This document shows, piece after piece, positions 10,146 to 20,079 of a DNA stretch of 52,509 bases. Source of the stretch: an uncultured archaeon (lineage in GTDB: Archaea; Asgardarchaeota; Lokiarchaeia; Sigyniarchaeales; SOKP01). Below the pieces are notes generated by a model. It was not told the DNA's origin. It made no database searches and saw only the letters and a program-made list of their open reading frames with translations. Numbering within the stretch: the first letter of the stretch is position 1; the number at the start of each line of letters is the position of its first letter. The stretch spans positions 95,325 through 147,833 of the forward strand of contig CAYLZE010000001.1 in assembly GCA_964388035.1 (NCBI GenBank). Reading direction: 5' to 3'. The position numbers were made by a program, and so were the translations under genes.

Positions 10146-11689
10146 ATCTCGTGGTTCCAATCATCAAGATAACAGGTTTTAACTGGAAATATAAAGCTTC
10201 TCAAGATTTGGTACTTAAAAATATTAACTTGGAGATAAATAAAGGGGAATTTATTGGGATCATGGGTCCCACCGGGGCGGGAAAATCCACGTTATGCCAT
10301 TGCATGAATGGATTAATTCCGTTGCGAACTCGAGGATGGATAAAAGGAACCGTGGAACTCTTTGGAAAAAATACCCGGAAAGCCAAGATGACGGAATTAG
10401 GGCAAAGAGTTGGTATTGTATTTCAAGATCCCGAAACGCAATTCATCATGATGTCTGTTGAAGATGAAATTGCTTTAGGATTAGAAACGTTAGGGTTAAA
10501 GCGAAATGAAATCAAAGAACGGATTGAATGGGCTTTAAAGCTCGTGGATCTTGAGGGATATGAGCAAAAAGCGCCTGATGAGCTTTCGGGGGGGCAAAAA
10601 CAAAGGATCGCAATGGCTTCTATCATGGCAATGCGTCCCGAAATTTTGATCTTAGATGAACCCACCTCTGATTTAGATCCCGAGGGAAAAAAGGAAGTAT
10701 TTGAACTATTAGAGGTAATTAGAGAAAAGTTTGATATAACCATAATATTGGTGAGTCATGAAACCCAGAAAGTTGTAGATTTTTGCGATCGTGTCATTCT
10801 TCTTGATGAAGGAATGATAAAATTTGATGGCCCCACCCAGGATTTTATTAAAAAGGAAGATTTACTAAAATCCACAGGAATCGGTATTCCTTCCCAGTTG
10901 ACCCATGAATATTACTCACAAACTCATAAAACGTTTAATATTCAGCAAGTCGCACGGAATAGAATACCCGTGATAGAAATTAAAAATCTGAATTTCACTT
11001 ATCCCAACCTGACACGAGCGTTGAAAAACATAAATCTGACTCTCTATCAAGGGGATTTTGTTGCAATCATTGGCAGAAATGGATCGGGAAAAACTACTCT
11101 TATAAAGCATTTTAACGGGCTCTTAAAACCGCAAGAAGGAAGCGTGTTTTTAAATAATAAATCAATTACCGAATATTCCATCCCTGAAATCGCCCAAAAT
11201 GTCGGATATTGTTATCAAAATCCCGATCATCAACTTTTTAAAAATACCGTTAAAGAGGAAATCGAATTTGGATTGAAAAATCTTCATGTTCCCGATGAAG
11301 AAATAAAAATACGATATGAAAAAATTGTAGAGTTATTGGGTTTAGCTAAATTTGAAAAAGATTACTCCTCCACACTTTATCTCAGTAAAGGCATCCGACA
11401 ACGCTTAGCATTGGCATCCGTATTGGTTTTAGAACCGAATATTCTAATCATCGATGAGCCCGCCACAGGGCAAGATTATAAATTGATTAAAAGTTCCATG
11501 CAAATTCTTGAAGATTTAAATGAAAAAAACAAAACCATAATCATTGTCACTCATAACCCATTTATCATTTCAAATTATTCGCGAGAAGTAATCGTATTAC
11601 ACGACGGAAAACTCATCGCAAAAGTACCCACGATGGACTTTTTAAAAGATGCTAAACTGCAAAAAATTGCTTGTTTCACTCCTCTCTAA
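10142..11689 (+). CDS. ecfA: ECF transporter fused tandem ATPase (A-A')
   Basis: Two Walker A motifs (GPTGAGKS, GRNGSGKT), Q-loops FQDPETQ/YQNPDHQ, signatures LSGGQ/LSKG, two DEP Walker B motifs. Confidence 0.95.
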   Translation: MNLVVPIIKITGFNWKYKASQDLVLKNINLEINKGEFIGIMGPTGAGKSTLCHCMNGLIPLRTRGWIKGTVELFGKNTRKAKMTELGQRVGIVFQDPETQFIMMSVEDEIALGLETLGLKRNEIKERIEWALKLVDLEGYEQKAPDELSGGQKQRIAMASIMAMRPEILILDEPTSDLDPEGKKEVFELLEVIREKFDITIILVSHETQKVVDFCDRVILLDEGMIKFDGPTQDFIKKEDLLKSTGIGIPSQLTHEYYSQTHKTFNIQQVARNRIPVIEIKNLNFTYPNLTRALKNINLTLYQGDFVAIIGRNGSGKTTLIKHFNGLLKPQEGSVFLNNKSITEYSIPEIAQNVGYCYQNPDHQLFKNTVKEEIEFGLKNLHVPDEEIKIRYEKIVELLGLAKFEKDYSSTLYLSKGIRQRLALASVLVLEPNILIIDEPATGQDYKLIKSSMQILEDLNEKNKTIIIVTHNPFIISNYSREVIVLHDGKLIAKVPTMDFLKDAKLQKIACFTPL

Positions 11690-11749
11690 AAAGCTTTAAC
11701 GCAGCTTTATTTTTATTCCAAATTGTGAAAAAATACATGAACTCCAAAT

Positions 11750-11992
11750 TTACCATGCTGAATTTATCGAATCGAGTAATTCTTTGAATTTCTTATAATC
11801 CGGAACAAGTTGACGAATAGAAATTGCATCTAATTTAGCATTTTCAAGTATTCCATTTTTTGCTTTTGTAATAAAGTCATCCGTATTTTCTTCCTTCCAT
11901 TTCTCAAGAATGATACGAATTGTTTTTTGAACATGTTGGAGTTTAAAAGTAACTAACTCTCGTGCAACTTCTTTCTCTAGTTTAACATCCAT
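11750..11992 (-). CDS. Small hypothetical helical protein (possible antitoxin-like)
   Basis: 80-aa ORF with protein-like composition and ATG start; family not firmly recognised. Confidence 0.6.
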   Translation of the reverse strand: MDVKLEKEVARELVTFKLQHVQKTIRIILEKWKEENTDDFITKAKNGILENAKLDAISIRQLVPDYKKFKELLDSINSAW

Positions 11993-12136
11993 ATTATGTG
12001 AACAATTATTTTTGTAAGTATTATCTAGTATGGTTAAAATTTTTTATTTGTCTTTTATTCTAAATTCTGCGATAAAAACTTAAATTCTTCTAATTTAAAA
12101 CCAGCAACTTCAATTTTACATGAGGAAAAATAGGTT

Positions 12137-12562
12137 TCAATCCTCTATGATTGGCAAGATGGCATTACCGGGGCAATCCTTAAAGCACTTTAAACATTTA
12201 AAGCACTTTGCTAAGTCTTCTATTCGAAATTGTATCCTCTCCTCCCCGCCCTCTTTATCCTTACCTAAATAAAACAATCCTTGAAAGCAAAATCCCTCTT
12301 TTAAGCAGAGATTACAGTGTTGGCACTTTTCTTGATCAACCGTAAATCCTTTTAAGGTGCCTTCTTCAATCGAAATCACCTCAAGGGCACCGTGCTCGCA
12401 CACATCCACGCATTTCAAGCAACCTTCACATTTTTCATAGTCCACATAGCGAAGGGAATCTTTGAAAAATATGGCTTTAGGAGAACAACTGTACACGCAG
12501 CGCTGGCATCTCACGCATAGACTTGGATTGATGCTAATGGGAAACAGTTTTTCTGATTTCAT
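12137..12562 (-). CDS. Polyferredoxin (four 4Fe-4S motifs)
   Basis: CVRCQRCVYSC, CEGCLKCVDVC, CQHCNLC-x5-C and CFKCLKCFKDCP. Confidence 0.9.
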   Translation of the reverse strand: MKSEKLFPISINPSLCVRCQRCVYSCSPKAIFFKDSLRYVDYEKCEGCLKCVDVCEHGALEVISIEEGTLKGFTVDQEKCQHCNLCLKEGFCFQGLFYLGKDKEGGEERIQFRIEDLAKCFKCLKCFKDCPGNAILPIIED

Positions 12563-13138
12563 CGCGATTCGTTAATAAAATAAACCTTTTTAAATCTAAA
12601 GAATTTTTTCTTTTTTTCTTCTTTAATTCAAATTACATCTACATCATGCTTATAATTTTAAGAATAACATTTTCAATTTAGCGAGGATGGAAATAATATT
12701 TTTTCAATTCTTTAATCCCTTTAAAATTAATGATCTTTGTTTTTTCTTTTAGTTCTTTAAAAAAAGTAAGAGTGATTATAATCTATAATAATTTTAAATT
12801 TATTGATTCCTCAGTAATAGAATATAAAAATGAAGACTTGAATGAATTAGGTTATTCTATCATTAATCCTTCCTGTTTATAACAAAAACGTTATGCTACT
12901 AATAATTTATTTATAGAGATAATATTTTTGTCAATATGAATGAGGATTTGAATTCCTTCCGTCTACTGAACATGACATTATGATTTAAAAACATATTTAC
13001 CAGAACCATTTGATAAGTAACTATATAAAGGATTAAAAAGTTTTACATGTATGGTGGAAGAGGTAGACAAATTTTCTGGAACATGTTATTCCAAGATAAC
13101 TGATTTTCATTCTATTGCACAATGTCTTAAACCTTTAA

Positions 13139-14125
13139 ATGGTGGTTAAGTTGGCGCACGTTATACTAAAAAATAAAAAAATCGAAGTAAAAAATAGGCA
13201 ACTAAATTTATCAGAAAAGAAAATAAAGGAGATCAGTAATATCAAAGGTATTGATAAACTCACCGAACTAGAGGAATTAAACCTAGCCTATAATAAAATT
13301 ACTAATATTGAAGGCATTGAGAATTTAACTAAATTGAAATTATTAGATTTACACGGAAATAAAATATCAGAGATAATTGGTCTTGATAGTTTAAATAACT
13401 TAAGGGTGTTAATTTTAAGCAGTAATCAAATTAATGAGATTAAAGAGCTTGAAGAACTATCAAAATTACAGAGCTTACAACTCGGCGGTAACAAGATAGC
13501 AAAGATTAATCATCTCGAGAGGTTGCAAAATTTAGAAAGTATTCATCTTAATGGAAATCAAATCCATGAAATTCAAGGATTAGATAATCATCCTAAATTG
13601 AAACAATTAGATATATCCCAGAATAAGATTACAGAGATAAAAGACCTCGAATCACTTCCTAATTTATTAAAATTGAATTTAGATCAAAATAGAATAGTTG
13701 ACATTAAAGATCTTAACTCTTTAACTAAGTTAGAAGTGTTATTTCTATGTAATAATTTCATATCGGAGATTAAAAATTTGGAATCTTTAAAGAAATTAAA
13801 GGTCTTAGCGCTTTCTTCTAATAAGATCACAAAAATTCAAGGCTTAGAACAATTGGCATTGTTAGAAAAGATTTATTTAGAAAATAATCAAATTAAGGAG
13901 ATTAAAGGTCTGGATAAATTATTAAATTTAGCATGGATATATCTTGAGGATAATCAGATTCAGGAGATTAAAGGGTTAGAAGCGCAAAGTAAATTAGCGT
14001 GGCTCTCTCTTAACAACAATCCAATTCCTAAGGAAATTACCGACAAATTAGGGGGCTTATCAAATGGGAGTGCAATTAATCCCCAAGCCTTTGTAGAATA
14101 TTGCCGTCTTAAAACTACTTCCTAA
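13139..14125 (+). CDS. Leucine-rich repeat protein, Sds22-class 22-aa repeats
   Basis: About 12 tandem LxxLxxLxLxxNxIxxIxx repeats ending in NNNPI; no signal peptide evident. Confidence 0.95.
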   Translation: MVVKLAHVILKNKKIEVKNRQLNLSEKKIKEISNIKGIDKLTELEELNLAYNKITNIEGIENLTKLKLLDLHGNKISEIIGLDSLNNLRVLILSSNQINEIKELEELSKLQSLQLGGNKIAKINHLERLQNLESIHLNGNQIHEIQGLDNHPKLKQLDISQNKITEIKDLESLPNLLKLNLDQNRIVDIKDLNSLTKLEVLFLCNNFISEIKNLESLKKLKVLALSSNKITKIQGLEQLALLEKIYLENNQIKEIKGLDKLLNLAWIYLEDNQIQEIKGLEAQSKLAWLSLNNNPIPKEITDKLGGLSNGSAINPQAFVEYCRLKTTS

Positions 14126-14299
14126 TCGTCCCATTCCAAGGACTTTTTGAACAAGTGGGGCACATCGATAAATCCCCCTTATCATTTATCAGCAATTTAC
14201 CCGCTTCAGCACGTTTATTGCATGTGGGCTCTCCGCACTATTCACATTTTCTAGTATCCCTGATTTTAACTCTGATTTACAGAAATAGCATTTAGTCAT
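14115..14299 (-). pseudogene. Small Cys-rich double zinc-finger gene remnant (not in ORF track)
   Basis: Manual translation: MTKCYFCKSELKSG(fs)DTRKCE*CGEPTCNKRAEAGKLLINDKGDLSMCPTCSKSPWNGTIRK*; 185 bp, one frameshift and an internal TAG at 14238-14240. Confidence 0.7.
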
Positions 14300-14586
14300 A
14301 AATATTATCGAACAGTATTGATAGTTTCAATCAATTATCATTGAATAATGAGTCACCTGATTTTATTTTAATTAAGAAAGGTATGAATTTATCATGCAGA
14401 AATTTTTGATTATAATTTAAATCTAAATAATAAAGAATAATGTAATAATTGTGAGTTTTTAAGGTCTTTTTCCCATTAAATGATTTTAATAAGTTTACGC
14501 AGAATTCTTGATTTTACCTCTACAGTAAAAGTTTCTATTAATCTTAACTATTTGATATTCTTCTATGCTTGGGAAGGGATAAGATT

Positions 14587-14598
14587 AAAAAAAAAAAA
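14587..14598 (-). terminator. Oligo-T archaeal-type terminator candidate
   Basis: A12 on + (T12 on -) immediately after the MFS stop at 14611. Confidence 0.4.
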
Positions 14599-14610
14599 TG
14601 CACAATTTAA

Positions 14611-15993
14611 CTACTTGAGTATTTTCAATTGATTCTCGTGGATTTTCTCGGGTGTAAGATTGTAGAATTTATAGAAGATGATTAATCCGATGATCATTGC
14701 TATTATTGGAATGAGTGCCAAGTGCACGTGAATTCCCCACTGTGCTAAGGGTGTCTGAACGGAAGCTCCTTCCACGAAACCGGTCATGATATGCACCGTG
14801 GCGAAACTTAAGGCTTGCACGACAATTGCTAGTCTTGAAAAAAACTGTTGAAATCCATTGTATATCCCTTCCTTTCGCTCGCCCGTCCTGACGACGGACT
14901 CGTCAATGACATCTGCAAGAATTACAGGCTGAATCATCCAGAAGGCGCCAAGAGGGATGCCCCATAGAATCATTGAGAGCAAAAATCCTAGGTAAGTATT
15001 AGTAAAGATCATGGGTGTTGTTAATGCCGTGAGCATCGCGCCCGTTATAATGGCGAGCTTGCGATTATCATTTAATTTATGCATCACTTTTACCCAAACA
15101 GGAGTAAATACAAGGACAGATATTAAAAACCCTGCCATGATAAAGGTAACGGCACTCGCTTCCATTTTTAGAATGAAGTTCACCGCATAGGGCAGCGAAG
15201 CTGTCATGGATCTTATCATTACTTGATAGCATAGCAAGAGGATAATGAATACCACGAAACTCCGTTGTTTGAGAGCTTTTCTAAGCTCACCGAAGAAGGA
15301 AACCCTTTTTACTTGTTTTTGCATGCCTAAATATTCTGTAATTCTTTCTTTTTCCTCCTTGCATCCCGGAAGGCATAAAGCGACTGCTATACCGCCAATA
15401 GCCGCGACCACCCAAGCTTGTATGAGATAGGATTTTAGATCCCCGAAAATTATCAATAAGGGAGGAATGATGGCGCCAAATGCGGATCCGAAAACACCAA
15501 TAAATATGCTAAAGCCCGTAGCCGTCCTTCTTTCCTTTAGGGCCCGGAACTTATCCGGAAACAAAGACGAATAATTAACCCACATGATAGAGGCGAATGT
15601 ATCAAACAAGCAAATCGTACCTACTAACCATATAAAGAGGATAAAAGCATCGGTCTTAGGATCCACTACTGGCGGGTTAAAGATTAATACATAGGACAAG
15701 ACATAAGGAAATCCCCCTAAAATGATCCACGGAAATCTTCTTCCCCATTTTTTAGTAAACTTAAAAGGGCGTTCCGTTAAATAGCCAACCAAGGGGTCAT
15801 TTACTGCATTCCAGATGGCATAAATAACATAGCCGATTCCAACTAACCAGGAGTTTAGTCCGATCTCTGCTTCATAATAATAAAAAGTAAAAGCGCTGAA
15901 TGCCATGGCCATGAATTCATTAACTAGCGTTCCAAAACCGTAGGAAGCCATGTTTAAATTGGAGTGCTTTATAAGTATCTCTTCATCTTTCAT
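14611..15993 (-). CDS. MFS transporter, GPH (MelB-like glycoside-pentoside-hexuronide) family
   Basis: WNAVNDPLVG, WGRRFPW, ADVID...GERKEG.Y motifs; about 12 TM. Confidence 0.92.
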   Translation of the reverse strand: MKDEEILIKHSNLNMASYGFGTLVNEFMAMAFSAFTFYYYEAEIGLNSWLVGIGYVIYAIWNAVNDPLVGYLTERPFKFTKKWGRRFPWIILGGFPYVLSYVLIFNPPVVDPKTDAFILFIWLVGTICLFDTFASIMWVNYSSLFPDKFRALKERRTATGFSIFIGVFGSAFGAIIPPLLIIFGDLKSYLIQAWVVAAIGGIAVALCLPGCKEEKERITEYLGMQKQVKRVSFFGELRKALKQRSFVVFIILLLCYQVMIRSMTASLPYAVNFILKMEASAVTFIMAGFLISVLVFTPVWVKVMHKLNDNRKLAIITGAMLTALTTPMIFTNTYLGFLLSMILWGIPLGAFWMIQPVILADVIDESVVRTGERKEGIYNGFQQFFSRLAIVVQALSFATVHIMTGFVEGASVQTPLAQWGIHVHLALIPIIAMIIGLIIFYKFYNLTPEKIHENQLKILK

Positions 15994-16166
15994 GATTTTG
16001 ACTGTTCTATATTGATATAAATTAATTATAAAGATCCTTATTCTTTTTAATTTCGTTGAAGTTCTTTATATAACTATCGAATTTTGCTCATTGATAAAAA
16101 TAAAAAAAAGTCTTACTAAACGTTAGCGCCAATTTTAAATAAAGCAGTAGCTTATTAAAATTCAAC

Positions 16167-17033
16167 ATGGATGATCATCTCACTTTAGTCAGTTTTCTAA
16201 GTTCAAAAGTTAATCTTGTTAAGCTGGTCATTTTCACAATCATTTTTTTCTTCGTGGATCTAATGAATCAAGGAATTAGTGGAGGGCTTGCTCTTACATG
16301 GACTTACTTTATTCTTGCTATTTGTACAGGTTTTGTGTATGGGATTGTTATAGGGTTTCTTGTACAGTTAATAACGTATACAAAGAAAGGGCTTCTTCTT
16401 GTATTTTGGCCGCTTCTTTTCATAGTACAGCAATTTAATAACCTACTTGAAGGATATTTTTTCACGGAAAGCGTGGGGAATACCGAATTAATATTTGGTT
16501 CCTTACTATCATTATTAATCACGTTCATTTATTCGATCTCTCTAATTATTTTATTTCAAGTAAAACCAACTTCAGAAATATTCCCTGAAAATATTAAGTC
16601 ATATTTTGCGAAGCACTCATCATTTTCCTGGATCATGAGAATAATTTTAGGAGGGGTGGCATATTTTCCCGTCTATTTCATCTTTGGCGCATTAGTGAGT
16701 CCTTTTATTCTCCAATATTATAATACCGGGGGGAATTTAGTTGTACCGGATTTGTTAACCATTTTTCTCTTACAAATAATTAAGGGATTTCTCTATACCC
16801 TAGCGTTCCTTCTATTATTTGGTTCTCTAAATTTTGATAAAAAACGCTGGTTTGCAGCCATCGTTTCAATCCTCTATGTTCCGGGGGTATTCGTACCTTT
16901 TTTAATAAGAGAGAGTTTTGTTCCCGCCCTCAGGTTCTTTCACGGTTTTGAATTACTTGCGGATTGCGTGGTCTATGGAATAATTCTTGTTGTTCTATTC
17001 GTGAGCGGAAGGGCTCCCGAAAGGGAAGAATAA
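16167..17033 (+). CDS. Hypothetical multi-pass membrane protein
   Basis: About 8 hydrophobic segments, possibly two related halves. Confidence 0.75.
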   Translation: MDDHLTLVSFLSSKVNLVKLVIFTIIFFFVDLMNQGISGGLALTWTYFILAICTGFVYGIVIGFLVQLITYTKKGLLLVFWPLLFIVQQFNNLLEGYFFTESVGNTELIFGSLLSLLITFIYSISLIILFQVKPTSEIFPENIKSYFAKHSSFSWIMRIILGGVAYFPVYFIFGALVSPFILQYYNTGGNLVVPDLLTIFLLQIIKGFLYTLAFLLLFGSLNFDKKRWFAAIVSILYVPGVFVPFLIRESFVPALRFFHGFELLADCVVYGIILVVLFVSGRAPEREE

Positions 17034-17124
17034 TAACTTAAACCAATTTTTTAGTTATTCTTAGATGTTCAATGAGGTTTGATGCATCGATAATGCAAAA
17101 TCAAAGTTTTAACTAAATTAAAAC

Positions 17125-18108
17125 TTATAAATCATCTGGCTCTAGGATTTCAAAGCATTCTTTAATCGTTCTTAAATCTATATTGGCACCTGATATGACA
17201 ATAGCAACCTTGCGATTCACAAACTTCTCCCTATACCTTTTAACTGCTGCCAATCCAACAGCACCAGCCCCTTCACAAATGAGGTGATGATATTCCATGA
17301 ATTCTAGTATCGCTTTCTTTATTTCCCTTTCACTGACCAATAGAACCTCTTCACACAAGCGTTGTATGTAGGGGAAAGTTATAGAACCTTTTTCAACGCC
17401 ACCATGCAAACCATCTGCAATAGTTTCCTCCATCGGAACATCCACTATTTGTCCTTGTTTCAGGGACTCTAGCATCACGGGGCATCTTTCCACTTGAACT
17501 CCATAACACCGAATAGAGGGATTGATAGCTTTCGCGGCTATAGCTATTCCCGAGAAAAGACCACCCCCGCTAATTGGGATTAATATATCATCAACATCAG
17601 GAGCTTGTTCTAAAATTTCAAGACCTATTGTGCCCTGTCCCGCGATTACATGGGGATTATTATAAGGTGATATATAAGGAATGTCCTTGACCCTCGAATC
17701 TTCAATTGCTATTCGTTCTGTATCATCATAGATAGATCCTTTGATTTTAAGAGAAACGCCATAAGATTTAATCGCTTCTATTTTCGTTAGTGGAGCATTT
17801 TCGGGTACATAAATAATTGCCGGAATATTTAATAACTTAGCAGCAAATCCTATTCCTTGAGCATGATTTCCAGCCGATGCCGTTATCACCCCTTTATTTT
17901 TTTGTTCTGAAGGTAGTGATAGCATTGTATTTAGAGCCCCTCTAAGCTTGAAAGAACCCGTGAGTTGTAAATTTTCTAATTTTAGGTAAATTTCAGCGTT
18001 GCTTTGAGTAGAATAATAATGACTGAATCTTAAAGGAGTCTTCAGAACATGAGACTTGATCAATTTTCGGGCAGAAAATATGTTCAATATTGTGATTTCG
18101 GGTTTCAT
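17125..18108 (-). CDS. PLP-dependent Thr/Ser dehydratase (fold type II, no ACT domain; serine racemase/EutB-like)
   Basis: KLENLQLTGSFKLRGA, SAGNHAQG, GQGTIGLE, SGGGL and SGANID motifs. Confidence 0.92.
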   Translation of the reverse strand: MKPEITILNIFSARKLIKSHVLKTPLRFSHYYSTQSNAEIYLKLENLQLTGSFKLRGALNTMLSLPSEQKNKGVITASAGNHAQGIGFAAKLLNIPAIIYVPENAPLTKIEAIKSYGVSLKIKGSIYDDTERIAIEDSRVKDIPYISPYNNPHVIAGQGTIGLEILEQAPDVDDILIPISGGGLFSGIAIAAKAINPSIRCYGVQVERCPVMLESLKQGQIVDVPMEETIADGLHGGVEKGSITFPYIQRLCEEVLLVSEREIKKAILEFMEYHHLICEGAGAVGLAAVKRYREKFVNRKVAIVISGANIDLRTIKECFEILEPDDL

Positions 18109-18293
18109 AATGTCATTTACACTCTTATAAATTTATAATAGTCATTACGTTAATTATACTAGATATAGATCATATAATTTTTGAGGAATAGAAAGATTTA
18201 ATCTATTTTTAATTATATAAAAAAAAAAAATTGATTAAGAAAATATTATCATCAAATTCTATTACTTATTCGGAAAAAATGTTCTATTTTCAC

Positions 18294-18626
18294 CTATTCT
18301 GGTGCTGGCGCCTTCATGCCCAACATTTCTAATGCTTCAGAGACTGTAAAACGAACTTCAATTTTATACCGAAATCCCATAACTTTATGATATTTAACCA
18401 TGTAATTTTGTTGAATAAGTAGAAATTCATCTAATTTACCTGGTTTTACCTCGTAGACTCCCGTGACCTCTATGCAACCTTTTCGTGCTTTTACGGCATT
18501 TGGAATAATTTCTTTAGTTAGACCCCTCACTTTAGATCTAATTTCTTTTACAGTTTCCACCCATATTTTTGCACATTCTTCTGTTTTATCATTAGGCATG
18601 TAAGAAGTCGTAAAAACATATGGCAT
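18294..18626 (-). CDS. Small hypothetical protein
   Basis: 110-aa ORF with GGAGGGAG SD-like sequence upstream on the - strand and an oligo-T tract downstream. Confidence 0.75.
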   Translation of the reverse strand: MPYVFTTSYMPNDKTEECAKIWVETVKEIRSKVRGLTKEIIPNAVKARKGCIEVTGVYEVKPGKLDEFLLIQQNYMVKYHKVMGFRYKIEVRFTVSEALEMLGMKAPAPE

Positions 18627-18859
18627 GGTACTCTCCCTCCGTTTTTTTATTTAATATACAATTTATAAGGATGAATATATAAAAAAATCAAATTACATCC
18701 TACTTATTTTTTATAAATTGGATTTCAGAAGAGAAAGATAATATATTATTATTTAAATATTTCCATTTTTGTCAAATTTCTGCAAAGGATAAAAATCAAT
18801 TTTTTAATTTTATCCTTGAAGATCGCTTTTAATCATGAGGTTAGAATAGCCATCCGTGA

Positions 18860-19780
18860 TCAAAATTTATTAAATCTTGGGAATAAAGCAATAGCATTAT
18901 CATGTTCAATAATAATTCGATCTTGAGCGTTTAACCTATTAAAACTTTCAAATTCTTTAATCATGCTCATTGTAACGGGTTCAGGAGCAAAGGGATAATC
19001 CGTACCGAAAAGAACGTGTCTTGACTCGACTAATTACAAGAGTGAATTGAGAGAATATGGCGTTGCGGCAAGGGCAATATCGTAATAGAGGTGTTTTAAA
19101 AGATTAATTATCTTTTTGTTGCCAAACGATATTCTCCATGTTAAATAGGGAATTGTTCCACCTCCATGAGCAAAAATGAATCTGATATTTGGATATCGTT
19201 TGATGGCACCACCATGAATCAAGTTAGCAACAGCCCGCGTGGTATCAAAAACAAATTCTAATATGGCCGGACGGAAATTTGTCATCGTTAATTTATCAGC
19301 AGGAGGAATGTTGGGATGAACAAAAACAACCGCATTTCTTTGATTTAACTCGTTTAAAACGTCGTTGAATTTGGGATCACCTAAATACGTTCCATCGATA
19401 TTTGTTAGCATTACTATTCCGTCTAACATCAATGTATCTAGTGCGTAAGTTATTTTCTCTAATGATGCTTTAATATCTGGCATGGGCAAAACAGCAAATG
19501 CTCCAAATCGTTGGGGATACTCTTTTACCAAGCGGGCTGAATATTCATTGCATTTGCGCGCAAGATTTTTTGAAAAATCTAAATCACCAAAATATATCCC
19601 AGGAGCTGAAATGGAGGTAATTGCTATCTTAATCCCGTGTCGATCCATGAGTTCAATACTCTTTTCTGGAGTCCAACTTGGAAAAGGTTCCCCCACTGCA
19701 GTCTTAATGCCAACACCAGCAAGAGCTGTAAGATACTCTGCCGGAACGATATGGTGATGAACGTCAATTCGGTCTAACAT
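18860..19780 (-). pseudogene. Amidohydrolase_2 (ACMSD/aromatic decarboxylase-like) with internal TAA
   Basis: IDVHHH, FVHP, DTTRA, AHGGG; TAA at 19036-19034 is followed in frame by LVESRHVLFGTDYPF...HDNAIALFPRFNKF up to TGA 18860. Confidence 0.85.
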
Positions 19781-20079
19781 GATTACCGTGACAATTTTCC
19801 ATTCTGCTTAAGGAATCTAAATTTCATTTCTTTATAACACTTTAACATGCTAAAATATTTAAAAAAAATTCAATCGTTTTAGAATCTAAAATTGAAAATG
19901 TTTCGCATTTGAGAAATTTAAGCGTTAAATAAGGTAAAGTTCTAAGAGTGGTTATATTGAAAATTATAAAAAAACTAGTTTTTAATCTTACAATAACTTT
20001 TTACAATCTCAATAGGGTTAAATGTATTTAAAAAAATATCGAATCTTGTTAATTAAATTAGAAATTAAATATATTTAAT

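Noticed and set aside
11676-11756. Short - strand ORF (MVNLEFMY...) overlapping the end of 11750-11992, as a possible truncated toxin
   Set aside because: Only about 26 codons with no recognisable motif.
13250-14020. 66-bp periodicity resembling a CRISPR or tandem array
   Set aside because: Explained by degenerate LRR coding repeats; no identical direct repeats with unique spacers.
14238-14240. In-frame TAG as possible pyrrolysine
   Set aside because: The same remnant has a frameshift and a Cys-to-Arg change, so decay is the simpler explanation.
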